Notes: generated by a model from the sequence alone, not told the origin. A DNA stretch of 43,474 bases from Pirellulales bacterium (GCA_040901675.1 JBBDYJ010000043.1:17083-60556), one strand, 5' to 3'; positions 7,861-16,985 are shown, counted from the first letter of the stretch. Numbers and translations: made by a program.

Positions 7861-9330
7861 ATGGCAACCGCGACCAAAGGCTATACGGGACCGCTGGAGC
7901 GCGTGACCGACTACTGCTGGCGGATTCCCAAGAGCTACAAGCCGGGAATGCGGGTCGACGGCTTGATCTACGCCAGCGAGAGATTGCTGGAGCTGATCAA
8001 GGCGGACCAGGCCCCGGAGCAGGTGGCCAATGTGGCCTTCCTGCCCGGCATCCAGCACGCCAGCCTGGCCATGCCCGACATCCATTGGGGCTACGGGTTC
8101 TGCATCGGCGGTGTCTGTGCCACCGACCCGGCCGAGGGGGGCGTCATCTCGCCCGGCGGCGTGGGCTACGACATCAATTGCGGCGTGCGGCTGGTCCGCT
8201 CCAACCTGACGTACCAGGAAGTCGAGCCCCACCTGACGCGGCTGGTCGAGGAGCTGTTCAAGCAAATCCCCACCGGAGTCGGCCGTTCCGGCAAGTACTC
8301 ATTCGACCAGCGCCAACTGCGCCGCCTGATGGCCGAGGGCCCTGCCTGGCTGATCGAGCGCGGGCTGGCGGTCCCCGGCGACATCGAGCACACCGAGGCC
8401 CGCGGCCGGCTGGACGGCGCCGAACCGGAGTTGGTCAGCCAGCGGGCCTTGGAACGGGGCAAGGACCAGTGCGGCACCCTCGGCTCGGGCAACCACTTCA
8501 TGGAGGTCCAGGTCGTCGAATCGCTGTTCGACCAAGCGGCGGCCAACGCCATGGGCCTGGTGAAGGACATGGTCTGCGTGATGATCCACTCGGGATCGCG
8601 GGGCCTGGGTTACCAGGTCTGCGACGACGCGCTCAAGGAACTGCGAAATGTGCCGGAAAAGTACGGCATCGCCCTGCCCGACCGGCAACTGGCCTGCGCG
8701 CCCGTCGAGAGCCCCGAGGGGCGGCGGTACCTGGGCGCCATGCGGGCGGCGGCCAACTACGCCTGGTGCAACCGGCAATTGTTGATGTGGCAGGCGCGGG
8801 AGGCGTTCTCGACCATCTTCAACCGTCCCTGGGAAGAGCTGCGGATGAACCTGGTGTACGACGTCGCCCACAATATCGCCAAGTTCGAGGAGCACCAGAT
8901 CGGCGGCAGGAGCAAGCGCGTCTGGGTTCACCGCAAGGGGGCCACGCGGGCCTTTCCACCCGAGCATCCCGAGGTCCCCTCCATGTACCGCCGCATCGGC
9001 CAGCCCGTGATCATCCCCGGCGACATGGGCCGCGCCAGTTGGGTGCTCGCCGGACAGCCCGGCAGCATGCAGCAGACCTTCGGAACTGCCTGCCACGGAG
9101 CCGGCCGCGTCATGAGCCGCACCGCAGCCATCAAGCACGGTCAAGGCCGCCGCATCGACCAGGAGCTGGCGGCCCGCGGTGTGATCGCCCGGGCGCGGAG
9201 TTGGAAGGGGCTGGTCGAGGAGCAACCCGATGCCTACAAGGACGTCGATCTGGTGGTCGAGGTCGTCGACCGCGCCGGCCTGGCCCGCAAAGTCGCCCGC
9301 CTCCGCCCCATCGGCGTCATCAAGGGCTAG
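7861..9330 (+). CDS. rtcB: RNA-splicing/repair ligase RtcB
   Basis: MPDIHWGYGF, GYDINCG, GTLGSGNHF, HSGSRG, HRKGAT, HGAGR and EEQPDAYK motifs. Confidence 0.97.
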   Translation: MATATKGYTGPLERVTDYCWRIPKSYKPGMRVDGLIYASERLLELIKADQAPEQVANVAFLPGIQHASLAMPDIHWGYGFCIGGVCATDPAEGGVISPGGVGYDINCGVRLVRSNLTYQEVEPHLTRLVEELFKQIPTGVGRSGKYSFDQRQLRRLMAEGPAWLIERGLAVPGDIEHTEARGRLDGAEPELVSQRALERGKDQCGTLGSGNHFMEVQVVESLFDQAAANAMGLVKDMVCVMIHSGSRGLGYQVCDDALKELRNVPEKYGIALPDRQLACAPVESPEGRRYLGAMRAAANYAWCNRQLLMWQAREAFSTIFNRPWEELRMNLVYDVAHNIAKFEEHQIGGRSKRVWVHRKGATRAFPPEHPEVPSMYRRIGQPVIIPGDMGRASWVLAGQPGSMQQTFGTACHGAGRVMSRTAAIKHGQGRRIDQELAARGVIARARSWKGLVEEQPDAYKDVDLVVEVVDRAGLARKVARLRPIGVIKG

Positions 9331-9404
9331 CAGGCGTCAGTCTGCAGCCTCTTTAGACCGCGCAGCGCTCCGACCGGCGCCAGCCGGCCAGGGCGCTAGC
9401 CCCT

Positions 9405-9500
9405 TAGCCCGCGGAGCGGGCGAAATTCAATAGCCGGGCGGCGTAAGCCCCCGGTTTGCGACCCCACACGCCCGTCGTCAGCCCCGAAGCGGGCGACAGT
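9405..9500. repeat. Hairpin cluster resembling IS200/IS605-type ends or a non-autonomous element
   Basis: AGCCCGCGGAGCGGGCGAAA ... TAGCCGGGCGGCGTAAGCCCCCGG ... AGCCCCGAAGCGGGCGACA: two related GC hairpins flanking a third. Confidence 0.45.
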
Positions 9501-9644
9501 TGCCTTCCATGGCCGACGACCCACGCGTGACGCCCGGCGTTTAGACGCGTCGACGACGCGCCGAGCTCGCCCTGAATTCTGGCGGTGTTAAAGGTGTCAG
9601 GTGTTAAAGGTGTCAGGAACCTTTTTTGGGGGGTGTTAAAGGTG

Positions 9645-10319
9645 TCAGGAACCTTTTGTCGGGCGCCCGCGGGGGCGGAGCGTGGTTTCCAGACCCAGAC
9701 GACGAACGGTGGTCTTGATCCAGCGGGGGTCGCCATAGGGACGCCCGCGGCGGATGCTCTGGCGAATCGCCGCCAACTCGCTCTCACTCAACGGCGCGTT
9801 GACGTGATCGACCCAGCCCGCAAGGCGCGGGATCGGCCAGACTGAGAGCAATCGCTTTTCCTCGGCGGAACCGTAACGCCACCGCCAGAGACTGCCGAAA
9901 CGCCACTCTTCGGCCCTGCCGACCAGGCCGGCACGCAAGGCATTGCGCTCCACGTACCGGCAGACCGTCTGGAGATGCTCGTCCTGCTGCACGGGGAATG
10001 ATTTGAACCGCCCCTGATAGACGTGTCCGCTGCCGGCCGACTGCCGGTGCGCATGCCACCGCTGCGTATGGGTAAGCGTCATCCAGGCAGTGAACGCCGA
10101 CAGATCGCCGTCGGATCGTGGCCAGAGCACAAAATGCCAATGGTTGGGCATCAGGCAGTAGGAAAGGATGCGCATCTCGGTCCGCTCGACTGCATCGGCG
10201 ACGATGCGCTCAAAGGCTTCGTAGTCCGCCTGTTTCTTGAAGATCTCCATCCGCGCATTCGCGCGGTTCAGCACATGGTAAATCAGCCCGCCGCGCGCAG
10301 CTCGCTTCGGTCTTCCCAT
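9645..10319 (-). CDS. REP-associated-type tyrosine (Y1, HUH) transposase
   Basis: YHVLNRAN, YCLMPNHWH (HUH), QGRFKS and RYVERNALRAG (catalytic Tyr). The stop codon lies inside the terminal repeat. Confidence 0.92.
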   Translation of the reverse strand: MGRPKRAARGGLIYHVLNRANARMEIFKKQADYEAFERIVADAVERTEMRILSYCLMPNHWHFVLWPRSDGDLSAFTAWMTLTHTQRWHAHRQSAGSGHVYQGRFKSFPVQQDEHLQTVCRYVERNALRAGLVGRAEEWRFGSLWRWRYGSAEEKRLLSVWPIPRLAGWVDHVNAPLSESELAAIRQSIRRGRPYGDPRWIKTTVRRLGLETTLRPRGRPTKGS

Positions 10320-10325
10320 GCCGAG

Positions 10326-10354
10326 ACCGTACCAGAATCAGCCGCTCCTTGCAA
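10326..10354 (-). promoter_or_regulatory. Putative transposase promoter, probably leaderless mRNA
   Basis: TTGCAA-N17-TACGGT with an extended TG, 6 nt before the ATG and no RBS. Same arrangement in copy 2 at about 11576-11604. Confidence 0.4.
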
Positions 10355-10385
10355 GCTAAAAAGGTTCCTGACACCTTTGATTGTC

Positions 10386-10860
10386 TCTCGGGTGCTTGCT
10401 ACGCTGCGATCAAGTATTCTGTCCTCCAGCGAGCGTTCCAGTGGTTCCGCTCCCGGCGAGCAACTGCTGCGACGCCGCCCGCGGCAAGTGAGGCGGAGCC
10501 AACGGTTGCTCAATCGATAGCAGAAGCAACTGGTCAACCGATAAGGCCGTCTATCGCGCCGTGGTTAAAGCGACCGCAGGCAGTCGCCGCGGGATGCTTG
10601 GCAGGAGTCGGTTGCTTGGCAGTCGTCGTTGTTTTTGTCTGTTCTGGTCTATTGGACTCCACGGCTTCCAAGCAAGGTGCCAGTCAGCCTCGACCGCAGA
10701 TTGATTTCGATTCACCGCTGTCGAACGAGCGAGTACGGATCAGTCGTCACTCGGTTCAAGAAGATGCAACCGGGGATGTTCTTGACGGTAATGGCCAGGA
10801 ACCAACTCAAGAACTGCCAGGGATTGATCTTACTGGCGTTACAGTGGAATCGAAGAATAT
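10386..10860 (+). pseudogene. Fragment of a lower-GC membrane-protein gene lying between the two elements
   Basis: About 56% GC by hand count, clearly below the flanking genes. One + frame is open throughout, with a TM-like stretch (GCLAGVGCLAVVVVFVCSGLL) and no internal ATG or stop. Confidence 0.6.
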
Positions 10861-10888
10861 AAGGTGTCAGGAACCTTTTGAAGAATAT

Positions 10889-11626
10889 AAGGTGTCAGGA
10901 ACCTTTTGTCGGGCGCCCGCGGGGGCGGAGCGTGGTTTCCAGACCCAGACGACGAACGGTGGTCTTGATCCAGCGGGGGTCGCCATAGGGACGCCCGCGG
11001 CGGATGCTCTGGCGAATCGCCGCCAACTCGCTCTCACTCAACGGCGCGTTGACGTGATCGACCCAGCCCGCAAGGCGCGGGATCGGCCAGACTGAGAGCA
11101 ATCGCTTTTCCTCGGCGGAACCGTAACGCCACCGCCAGAGACTGCCGAAACGCCACTCTTCGGCCCTGCCGACCAGGCCGGCACGCAAGGCATTGCGCTC
11201 CACGTACCGGCAGACCGTCTGGAGATGCTCGTCCTGCTGCACGGGGAATGATTTGAACCGCCCCTGATAGACGTGTCCGCTGCCGGCCGACTGCCGGTGC
11301 GCATGCCACCGCTGCGTATGGGTAAGCGTCATCCAGGCAGTGAACGCCGACAGATCGCCGTCGGATCGTGGCCAGAGCACAAAATGCCAATGGTTGGGCA
11401 TCAGGCAGTAGGAAAGGATGCGCATCTCGGTCCGCTCGACTGCATCGGCGACGATGCGCTCAAAGGCTTCGTAGTCCGCCTGTTTCTTGAAGATCTCCAT
11501 CCGCGCATTCGCGCGGTTCAGCACATGGTAAATCAGCCCGCCGCGCGCAGCTCGCTTCGGTCTTCCCATGCCGAGACCGTACCAGAATCAGCCGCGTCTT
11601 GCAAGTGAAAGGTTCCTGACACCTTT
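10889..11626 (-). mobile_element. Y1-transposase element copy 2 with inverted hairpin ends
   Basis: Ends at 10889-10907 and 11608-11626; direct repeat of copy 1 at an offset of 1250 bp. Confidence 0.85.
10895..11569 (-). CDS. REP-associated-type tyrosine (Y1, HUH) transposase, second copy
   Basis: Protein identical to 9645..10319. Confidence 0.92.
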   Translation of the reverse strand: MGRPKRAARGGLIYHVLNRANARMEIFKKQADYEAFERIVADAVERTEMRILSYCLMPNHWHFVLWPRSDGDLSAFTAWMTLTHTQRWHAHRQSAGSGHVYQGRFKSFPVQQDEHLQTVCRYVERNALRAGLVGRAEEWRFGSLWRWRYGSAEEKRLLSVWPIPRLAGWVDHVNAPLSESELAAIRQSIRRGRPYGDPRWIKTTVRRLGLETTLRPRGRPTKGS

Positions 11627-11785
11627 GATTGTCCCTTTGATTGTCCCCCTTTGATTGTCCCCGGGTACCCCGAGCTGACTCCTTGGCAAGGCGACTATTG
11701 GGACCGATTCTGGCGAACCTACGGCTGGCTACGCGACCACGGCTTGCGGCCGGTGAGCTCGCCAAAGTGAAGGGTGGCCGGAGGG

Positions 11786-11906
11786 AGTAGCAGAACTCGC
11801 CAGAGTTCTGGCGTTCGCAAAGTAGCACAACTCGCCAGAGTTCTGGCGGTGTGGACAGCGCCCTGAATTCTGGCGAATTCAGCTACAGCTAGAGATTCCG
11901 CTACGC
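11786..11906. repeat. Cluster of family A REP variants
   Basis: Two copies of GTAGCA(G/C)AACTCGCCAGAGTTCTGGCG, then an inverted full copy GTGGACAGCGCCCTGAATTCTGGCGAATTCAGCTAC matching 6242-6277 with one mismatch. Confidence 0.85.
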
Positions 11907-11912
11907 GTGATT

Positions 11913-12716
11913 TCACGCCGCGCGCTTCCGCGCCGGCCGCACCACATCCTGCAACCGCTGCACCAGGCGGGCCACTCGCAAGGCAACCGGACCCAGCCCC
12001 TGGTAGGCGTGAATGTGGTGGTACGGCACGAAATCGTCCATCACGTTGGCGGGCACGCCGAGCAGCCTGACGAGCGGCTCGTCCTCGGCTCGCACGTAGT
12101 AGCGGTTCAGCCCGTCGCACGTGGCGTAACGGTAATCGGACCCCAGCAGCAGGTGCTCCCAGGTCAAGTGGTTGGGCGTCTCGGTATGGAGCGTGGGCGC
12201 CTCGACCACCACGACGCGCGGCCGCCAACGCTGCCAATCGCCTCCCTCGATCACCTCCAGCTCGTGCCCTTCGACGTCGATCTTCAAGAAGTCGATTGCC
12301 CGCGTCACGTACCTCTGGCAGACGGCAGCCAACGTTTCGACGTTCACCAGACGCTCGACGTACGGCGAGCGGTGCTCGCGGCGATGGGCCTCGGCCACGT
12401 CCGCATGGCAGGTCGACAGACCGGGCTTGTCGGGAAACTCGTACAGGCAGAAATGGCCCGGCCGGTTCGACAGGCCGCAGTTCAAGTTGACGTCGCGCGC
12501 GCGGGCGGTCGCCAGCTTATCGAAGATCCGCCCCGGCTCGACGTTGATCCCGTCCCAACCGGCGTCGTAGAAATGCCGGGTCACCGAGCACCAGGTCGGG
12601 TCGTTCGCTCCCACGTCGATGTAGTAGCCGCCGCGCCGATCACCTAAGGCCCGCCGCAGCAACACGTCTTCGGCGTTCTGTGCATAAGAGATCATGGTCA
12701 TGACTCGGCCTTTCAC
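11913..12716 (-). CDS. FkbM family methyltransferase
   Basis: SYAQNAEDV, YIDVGANDP, GINVEP and FLKIDVEGHE motifs. Start may be a later ATG near 12701. Confidence 0.9.
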   Translation of the reverse strand: MKGRVMTMISYAQNAEDVLLRRALGDRRGGYYIDVGANDPTWCSVTRHFYDAGWDGINVEPGRIFDKLATARARDVNLNCGLSNRPGHFCLYEFPDKPGLSTCHADVAEAHRREHRSPYVERLVNVETLAAVCQRYVTRAIDFLKIDVEGHELEVIEGGDWQRWRPRVVVVEAPTLHTETPNHLTWEHLLLGSDYRYATCDGLNRYYVRAEDEPLVRLLGVPANVMDDFVPYHHIHAYQGLGPVALRVARLVQRLQDVVRPARKRAA

Positions 12717-12752
12717 GGAGTTAGTCTGAAACGGTTCAAATGCCCGGCGGTG

Positions 12753-13856
12753 TTACATCAGCGATAGAACGGTCTGGGCCATCGCGTCCCACGAAAAGGC
12801 CGCCGACAAAGCTTGCCGGTCGATGGCCACGGGACGGGCGGCCGCCAGCTCGCGGTAGGCCGCGTCGAGAGTCTCTGCATCACACGGGTCGAAGTAGAAC
12901 ACGCCCGGTGAATCGAGTTCGGCCAGCGAACTGTTGTAGCTCGAAAGCACGGGCGTGCCGTGCATCAGCGAATCGAGCACCGGAAACCCGAAGCCCTCAT
13001 ACAACGACGGATACACGGAAAGCCCGGCCTGTTGGTACAGCTCGCAGAGCCGCTCGTCCGAAACCATCCCCAGGAACTGGATGCGCTTGAAACGCTCGGC
13101 CGCTGCCCGCCCCCTGGGAGCCTTCCAGAGCCATCCGTCAGGGCCGGCCCACCACAGCTCAGCGTCGCGGGGTAGTTCGCGGCTCTCGACAAACCAATCC
13201 AGCAGGAAGTCGCCGTTCTTGCGCGGCTCGCGCGTGGCCACCACCAGGATCACGTTCTCGCGCCGCTCGACTGGCAGGCGGTGGCAGTGGCGGACCAGGC
13301 ACTGGCTGGGGCCGGGGTAGCTCACAATCACGTCCTCGTCGGCCACCGGACTGAGCCAGGCGGCGTCCGACCGCGTCGATCGCGAGATCGCCACCATCTT
13401 GTGGCAGAGTCTCGACGAGGCCACCTGCCGGTGAAAACCTTCGCACAGGCCGGCGGTGTGCGACCAGGGAACCACCAGCGGCGTGAAGTCGTAGAACACG
13501 CCCACCTCGCGGCCAAAGCGGCGCTCGGCGGGCCGCGCCCACGTGTAAAGCCCGGACGAACGGCTGGCGAGGTGGCCATCGTACGGTTGTGTCGGCCGCC
13601 GCAGCAGGCCACGGACCCATGCGGTCAGGTCGTCGCCGGCTTCGCCCAGCTCGCCCGCTTCGACGGCAAGCTCACGGCCGCCCGTCAATTGGGCCGGCAT
13701 ATCGTGGACGCGGGCCGTTCGAGGATCGACGAAACTGGTCAGCCGCAGCGGCACGCGCGCATTCAGGGCCTCGATCAGCCGGGCCGAAAAGCGCCCGATC
13801 CCGGTCAGCTTCGAGAGCAGCAAGGGAAAAATCTCGACGTAGATCGGAGCCGCCAT
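12753..13856 (-). CDS. Glycosyltransferase family 4 (GT-B)
   Basis: TGIGR, EPRKN and YPSLYEGFGFPVLDS motifs. Start MAAP overlaps the upstream stop (TGATG). Confidence 0.88.
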   Translation of the reverse strand: MAAPIYVEIFPLLLSKLTGIGRFSARLIEALNARVPLRLTSFVDPRTARVHDMPAQLTGGRELAVEAGELGEAGDDLTAWVRGLLRRPTQPYDGHLASRSSGLYTWARPAERRFGREVGVFYDFTPLVVPWSHTAGLCEGFHRQVASSRLCHKMVAISRSTRSDAAWLSPVADEDVIVSYPGPSQCLVRHCHRLPVERRENVILVVATREPRKNGDFLLDWFVESRELPRDAELWWAGPDGWLWKAPRGRAAAERFKRIQFLGMVSDERLCELYQQAGLSVYPSLYEGFGFPVLDSLMHGTPVLSSYNSSLAELDSPGVFYFDPCDAETLDAAYRELAAARPVAIDRQALSAAFSWDAMAQTVLSLM

Positions 13857-15388
13857 CAACGAGGCTCCCGTGCGCTCGTGGTCCCCGCCGTCGGGTGCGG
13901 TCCGCGCACCAGCGGCATGCCCGTCTCCTCCGCGTCGGCGGCGACCAGCTCCAAAGCGGACGACAACCGCGACCAGGCGACATCGGAGCTGGCCCACTCG
14001 GCCATCCGTAGCCGCGCCGCCGAGGCCATCGCCATATAACGGTCGCGCCGTTCGCGGGCCACGCGATAACTTTCCTCCAGGCACTGCCGGAGGCTCGACC
14101 AGTCGATGCGATGCCAGGACGTCCGCAGCCGGCCCGAGTCGTCGTGCGGCCAGCCACAAGGCTCGCTTTGCGACGCGACCACGAATCCAAGTCCGTCATC
14201 AAAATAGTCGGCCAGCGCCGTGTGAGCGGGTGCAATCCCCGGCCGGCCGGCGGCCAGAAAATCCTGCAGCGGCAGGCAGGCCCCTTCGGCCCGCGAGGCA
14301 TTCAGATAGTACGTGCTCCCCAAGGCCAACTCGCGCATCTGACCATCGCTGAGATAGCCGGTGACAAAAGCCACCTTGGCGCGGTGCGGCAAGCCAAGCC
14401 CGTAGTAGTGCGCCAGCACGTCACGCACCGCCTCGTTCGAGCGGGTGACAAGCTTGACCACCAGCGTCGCATCCCGCCGCTCGCCCAACGACAGCAAAAA
14501 AGCCGACAGGATGTCCTGCCAGTTTTTGCGCTGGTCGTCCGGATTCAGCAGCGTCGTATACACCACCCCGGACAGGTCCAGCCGGGCACTGGCCGGAGGC
14601 AGTTGCATCGGGCCCGCCCGCCAGGCGGCAAGGCCCGCATTCTTGGCCGCCACCAGTGCTCCAGTCACGCGGCCTGGCAGCAAGGGCTTGATCCCACGTA
14701 GCCAGGCCGTCCGCGCCAAGCCGCGCAGCCGGGCTGCCAAACGGAAACGCAGCGAATCGGCGCCGGGCCGCGACTCAGGGTCGGCCGCCTCCAGCCTGGC
14801 CGGCTCATGGTCGTTGAATACGTAGGCCGTGCAGTCGAGCGTCGTGACGCGGCCGGCATCCCAGGGCGGCAGCTCGAAGTAGTCGGCCTGGATCGGCACG
14901 GGCACGACGCGGACCGGCGGCCGCACGCCCGCGCGGGCCAGAGCGCCGGCGGTGAAGCGGCTGGCCGTGAGGATCAGCGAGGCGCGATTGGCAATCCGCA
15001 GCCAGTTGTTGCGGGGGTTGTCGCGGTCGTCGGTCGCGGGGATATCCGGAAATTCCCAGAACGGGAAGACGACGTTCGAAGCCCGGCTTGAAAAGTATGC
15101 ATCAGCCAGCGGCCGGAAGCTGAGGCTGAGCGGTTGCCGGTCGGCTTGCCGCGCTCGGCGGATGGCGAAATCCAACTGGCTTTCAGGGCTGCGGACCTGG
15201 ACCACCTCCGCCCAGCGCTCCAACAGCGGCAGAAAGGCGCCGAGCACGTAGTCGTATGAGTAACCGTACAGCCCCAGGTTCGCCTGGGCCGCCGCACCTT
15301 TGGAAACCGTGTTGACAATCAGCGTCCGCCGGCGCTGCTGGGCTGCGGCAGCATCGAACCGTGCCCGGACCTCAGCGCCGTTGTGCAT
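13856..15388 (-). CDS. Glycosyltransferase, GT-B/GT4-like
   Basis: FWEF, RKNWQD and SRAEGACLPLQDFLAAG motifs. Confidence 0.75.
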   Translation of the reverse strand: MHNGAEVRARFDAAAAQQRRRTLIVNTVSKGAAAQANLGLYGYSYDYVLGAFLPLLERWAEVVQVRSPESQLDFAIRRARQADRQPLSLSFRPLADAYFSSRASNVVFPFWEFPDIPATDDRDNPRNNWLRIANRASLILTASRFTAGALARAGVRPPVRVVPVPIQADYFELPPWDAGRVTTLDCTAYVFNDHEPARLEAADPESRPGADSLRFRLAARLRGLARTAWLRGIKPLLPGRVTGALVAAKNAGLAAWRAGPMQLPPASARLDLSGVVYTTLLNPDDQRKNWQDILSAFLLSLGERRDATLVVKLVTRSNEAVRDVLAHYYGLGLPHRAKVAFVTGYLSDGQMRELALGSTYYLNASRAEGACLPLQDFLAAGRPGIAPAHTALADYFDDGLGFVVASQSEPCGWPHDDSGRLRTSWHRIDWSSLRQCLEESYRVARERRDRYMAMASAARLRMAEWASSDVAWSRLSSALELVAADAEETGMPLVRGPHPTAGTTSAREPR

Positions 15389-15587
15389 CTTCCCCAGCCT
15401 CGCCGGACTATGTCGTCGATTGATCCGGCGTCCGCGCGGGGCGGGGCCGACCGAGCGGCACTGTCTTCGGCACTTGCAAGGACAAACTTGAGATTGATTG
15501 GCGCCCGGAGCCAGCTATACTCCGGCGCCCTCTTGGGGGCGAAGATCGGAAACACAACCCAGCGGCGCGAGGCGACTCGAGAACCTC

Positions 15588-16898
15588 ATGCGAGAACAGG
15601 CACGCCGGCCCAGGATCGGCATCGATATGCTGGCCAACCAGTCGGCCGGCCGCGACCGGGGAACCGGCCGTTATGCGCGGGGCCTGGTGCGCGAGCTAAT
15701 CGAGCGGCACCCGGAGCACGAATACTTCTTGTATTTCTATCGGGGCCTTGCAGGGGACGACGACTTCAATCCCGCGGGAGCGCGGATACGGCACCTCGAC
15801 ACCGAAGGGCCCGGCCGGGCCATCTGGCCCGTCGCTGACCGCCTGGCCCGCACCAATCCCGACCGGCTCGACCTGCTGCTGTTGAGCTGCGCCTACGAAC
15901 ACTTCGAAGGGTATCTCCCTCCACCGCGGCGGCGGCGCGGCCCTCGCATGGCCGCCTTGCTGTATGACCTGATTCCCGCCCTGTTTCCCGATCATTATCT
16001 CAACCACCCAGGGGTGCGCAAAGCCTACCAGCAGGCCCTGGCCGCAACCCGCCGATACGATCTGCTGTTGACCATCTCGGAGGCGAGCAGGCTCGATTGC
16101 CTCAGAATCATGCGCATGCCTCAGGCGCAGGTCGTCAACATCAGCGCAGCCAGCGACGCGGCGGTTTTTAGACCCGCGGACGGCCGGCAGCCCGACGCTG
16201 ACCAAGGCCCGGCGCTGCTGGCCAGGCTGGCTGTCCGGGAGCCGTTCGTGTTCAGCCTGGGAGCCATGGATTACCGCAAAAACCTGCTCGGCGTGCTGGA
16301 GGCATTTCGTGCCCTGCCCGAACGGCTCCGCGAGCAGCACCAACTAGTCGTAGCCGGCGCCAGATCCAGCGACGACGCCCGGTTGCTCGCTCAACAGGCC
16401 GAGCGGCTCGGTGTCCACGGCAAGCTGCGGCTGCTCCCTTTCCCCAGCGACGACGATCTGCGATCGCTCTACCGCCGCGCCGCGGCCTTCGTGTTTGCAT
16501 CTCGCTACGAAGGCTTCGGTCTCCCCTTGCTGGAAGCGATGCAATGCGGGGCGGCCATCGTGGCGGGCAACAACTCGTCGCAGCCCGAAGTGCTGGGCGG
16601 TGCCGCACTCCTGGCCAACGTCGACGACCCGGCCGACCTCGCCGCCCAGCTCCAATTGCTCTTGGACGATGCCGCGCTCGCCCATCGGCTGCGGGAGCAA
16701 GCGCTCCGGCAGGCCCGCAACTTCAGTTGGCACCAGACCGCGGATCGTTGTCACGAAGCATTGATCGCGGCCCTGAACCGCCCAAGCAAAAGCCGTTGGC
16801 CTGGCATGCTGGGCCGATTCGTCTGCCAGGTTTCCCCTTGGAAGCCTGCCCCGACCAGGCCGGCCGGGCAGGTTCAAGCGGCCAGTGCAGTCAACTGA
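15588..16898 (+). CDS. Glycosyltransferase family 4
   Basis: RGTGRY, YDLIP, RKNL and SRYEGFGLPLLEAMQCG motifs. Start reassigned to MREQ. Confidence 0.9.
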   Translation: MREQARRPRIGIDMLANQSAGRDRGTGRYARGLVRELIERHPEHEYFLYFYRGLAGDDDFNPAGARIRHLDTEGPGRAIWPVADRLARTNPDRLDLLLLSCAYEHFEGYLPPPRRRRGPRMAALLYDLIPALFPDHYLNHPGVRKAYQQALAATRRYDLLLTISEASRLDCLRIMRMPQAQVVNISAASDAAVFRPADGRQPDADQGPALLARLAVREPFVFSLGAMDYRKNLLGVLEAFRALPERLREQHQLVVAGARSSDDARLLAQQAERLGVHGKLRLLPFPSDDDLRSLYRRAAAFVFASRYEGFGLPLLEAMQCGAAIVAGNNSSQPEVLGGAALLANVDDPADLAAQLQLLLDDAALAHRLREQALRQARNFSWHQTADRCHEALIAALNRPSKSRWPGMLGRFVCQVSPWKPAPTRPAGQVQAASAVN

Positions 16899-16985
16899 GA
16901 TTGCCGCATCACGGCTTTTCGCTATACTTCGCCGCCCAAAGCCCTTGGGGTTTTTGGCCGTGCAAGCATAGAGGCGCAGCGTCGG

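Larger units (their letters stand above)
9638..10378 (-). mobile_element. Y1-transposase element copy 1 with 20-bp inverted hairpin ends
   Basis: Left end AAAGGTGTCAGGAACCTTTT at 9638-9657; right end AAAAGGTTCCTGACACCTTT at 10359-10378; enclose a single transposase gene. Confidence 0.85.

Noticed and set aside
9584..9657. CRISPR-like mini-array of AAGGTGTCAGGAACCTTTT repeats (also 10852-10907)
   Set aside because: The intervening sequences are 7-12 bp copies of the flank rather than unique spacers, there are no cas genes, and the repeats are transposase ends.
10379..10860. Integron cassette or diversity-generating retroelement
   Set aside because: No integrase, attC-like site, reverse transcriptase or template/variable repeat pair is visible.
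10349..11095. 248-aa ORF as a real gene
   Set aside because: Chimeric: it begins at a TTG inside element 1 and ends antisense within transposase 2. Only the middle looks like a gene fragment.
11681..11716. WQGDYWDR as a remnant of another RAYT (WQxxYWDR motif)
   Set aside because: The match is too short and the following residues do not fit; kept only as an unidentified gene end.
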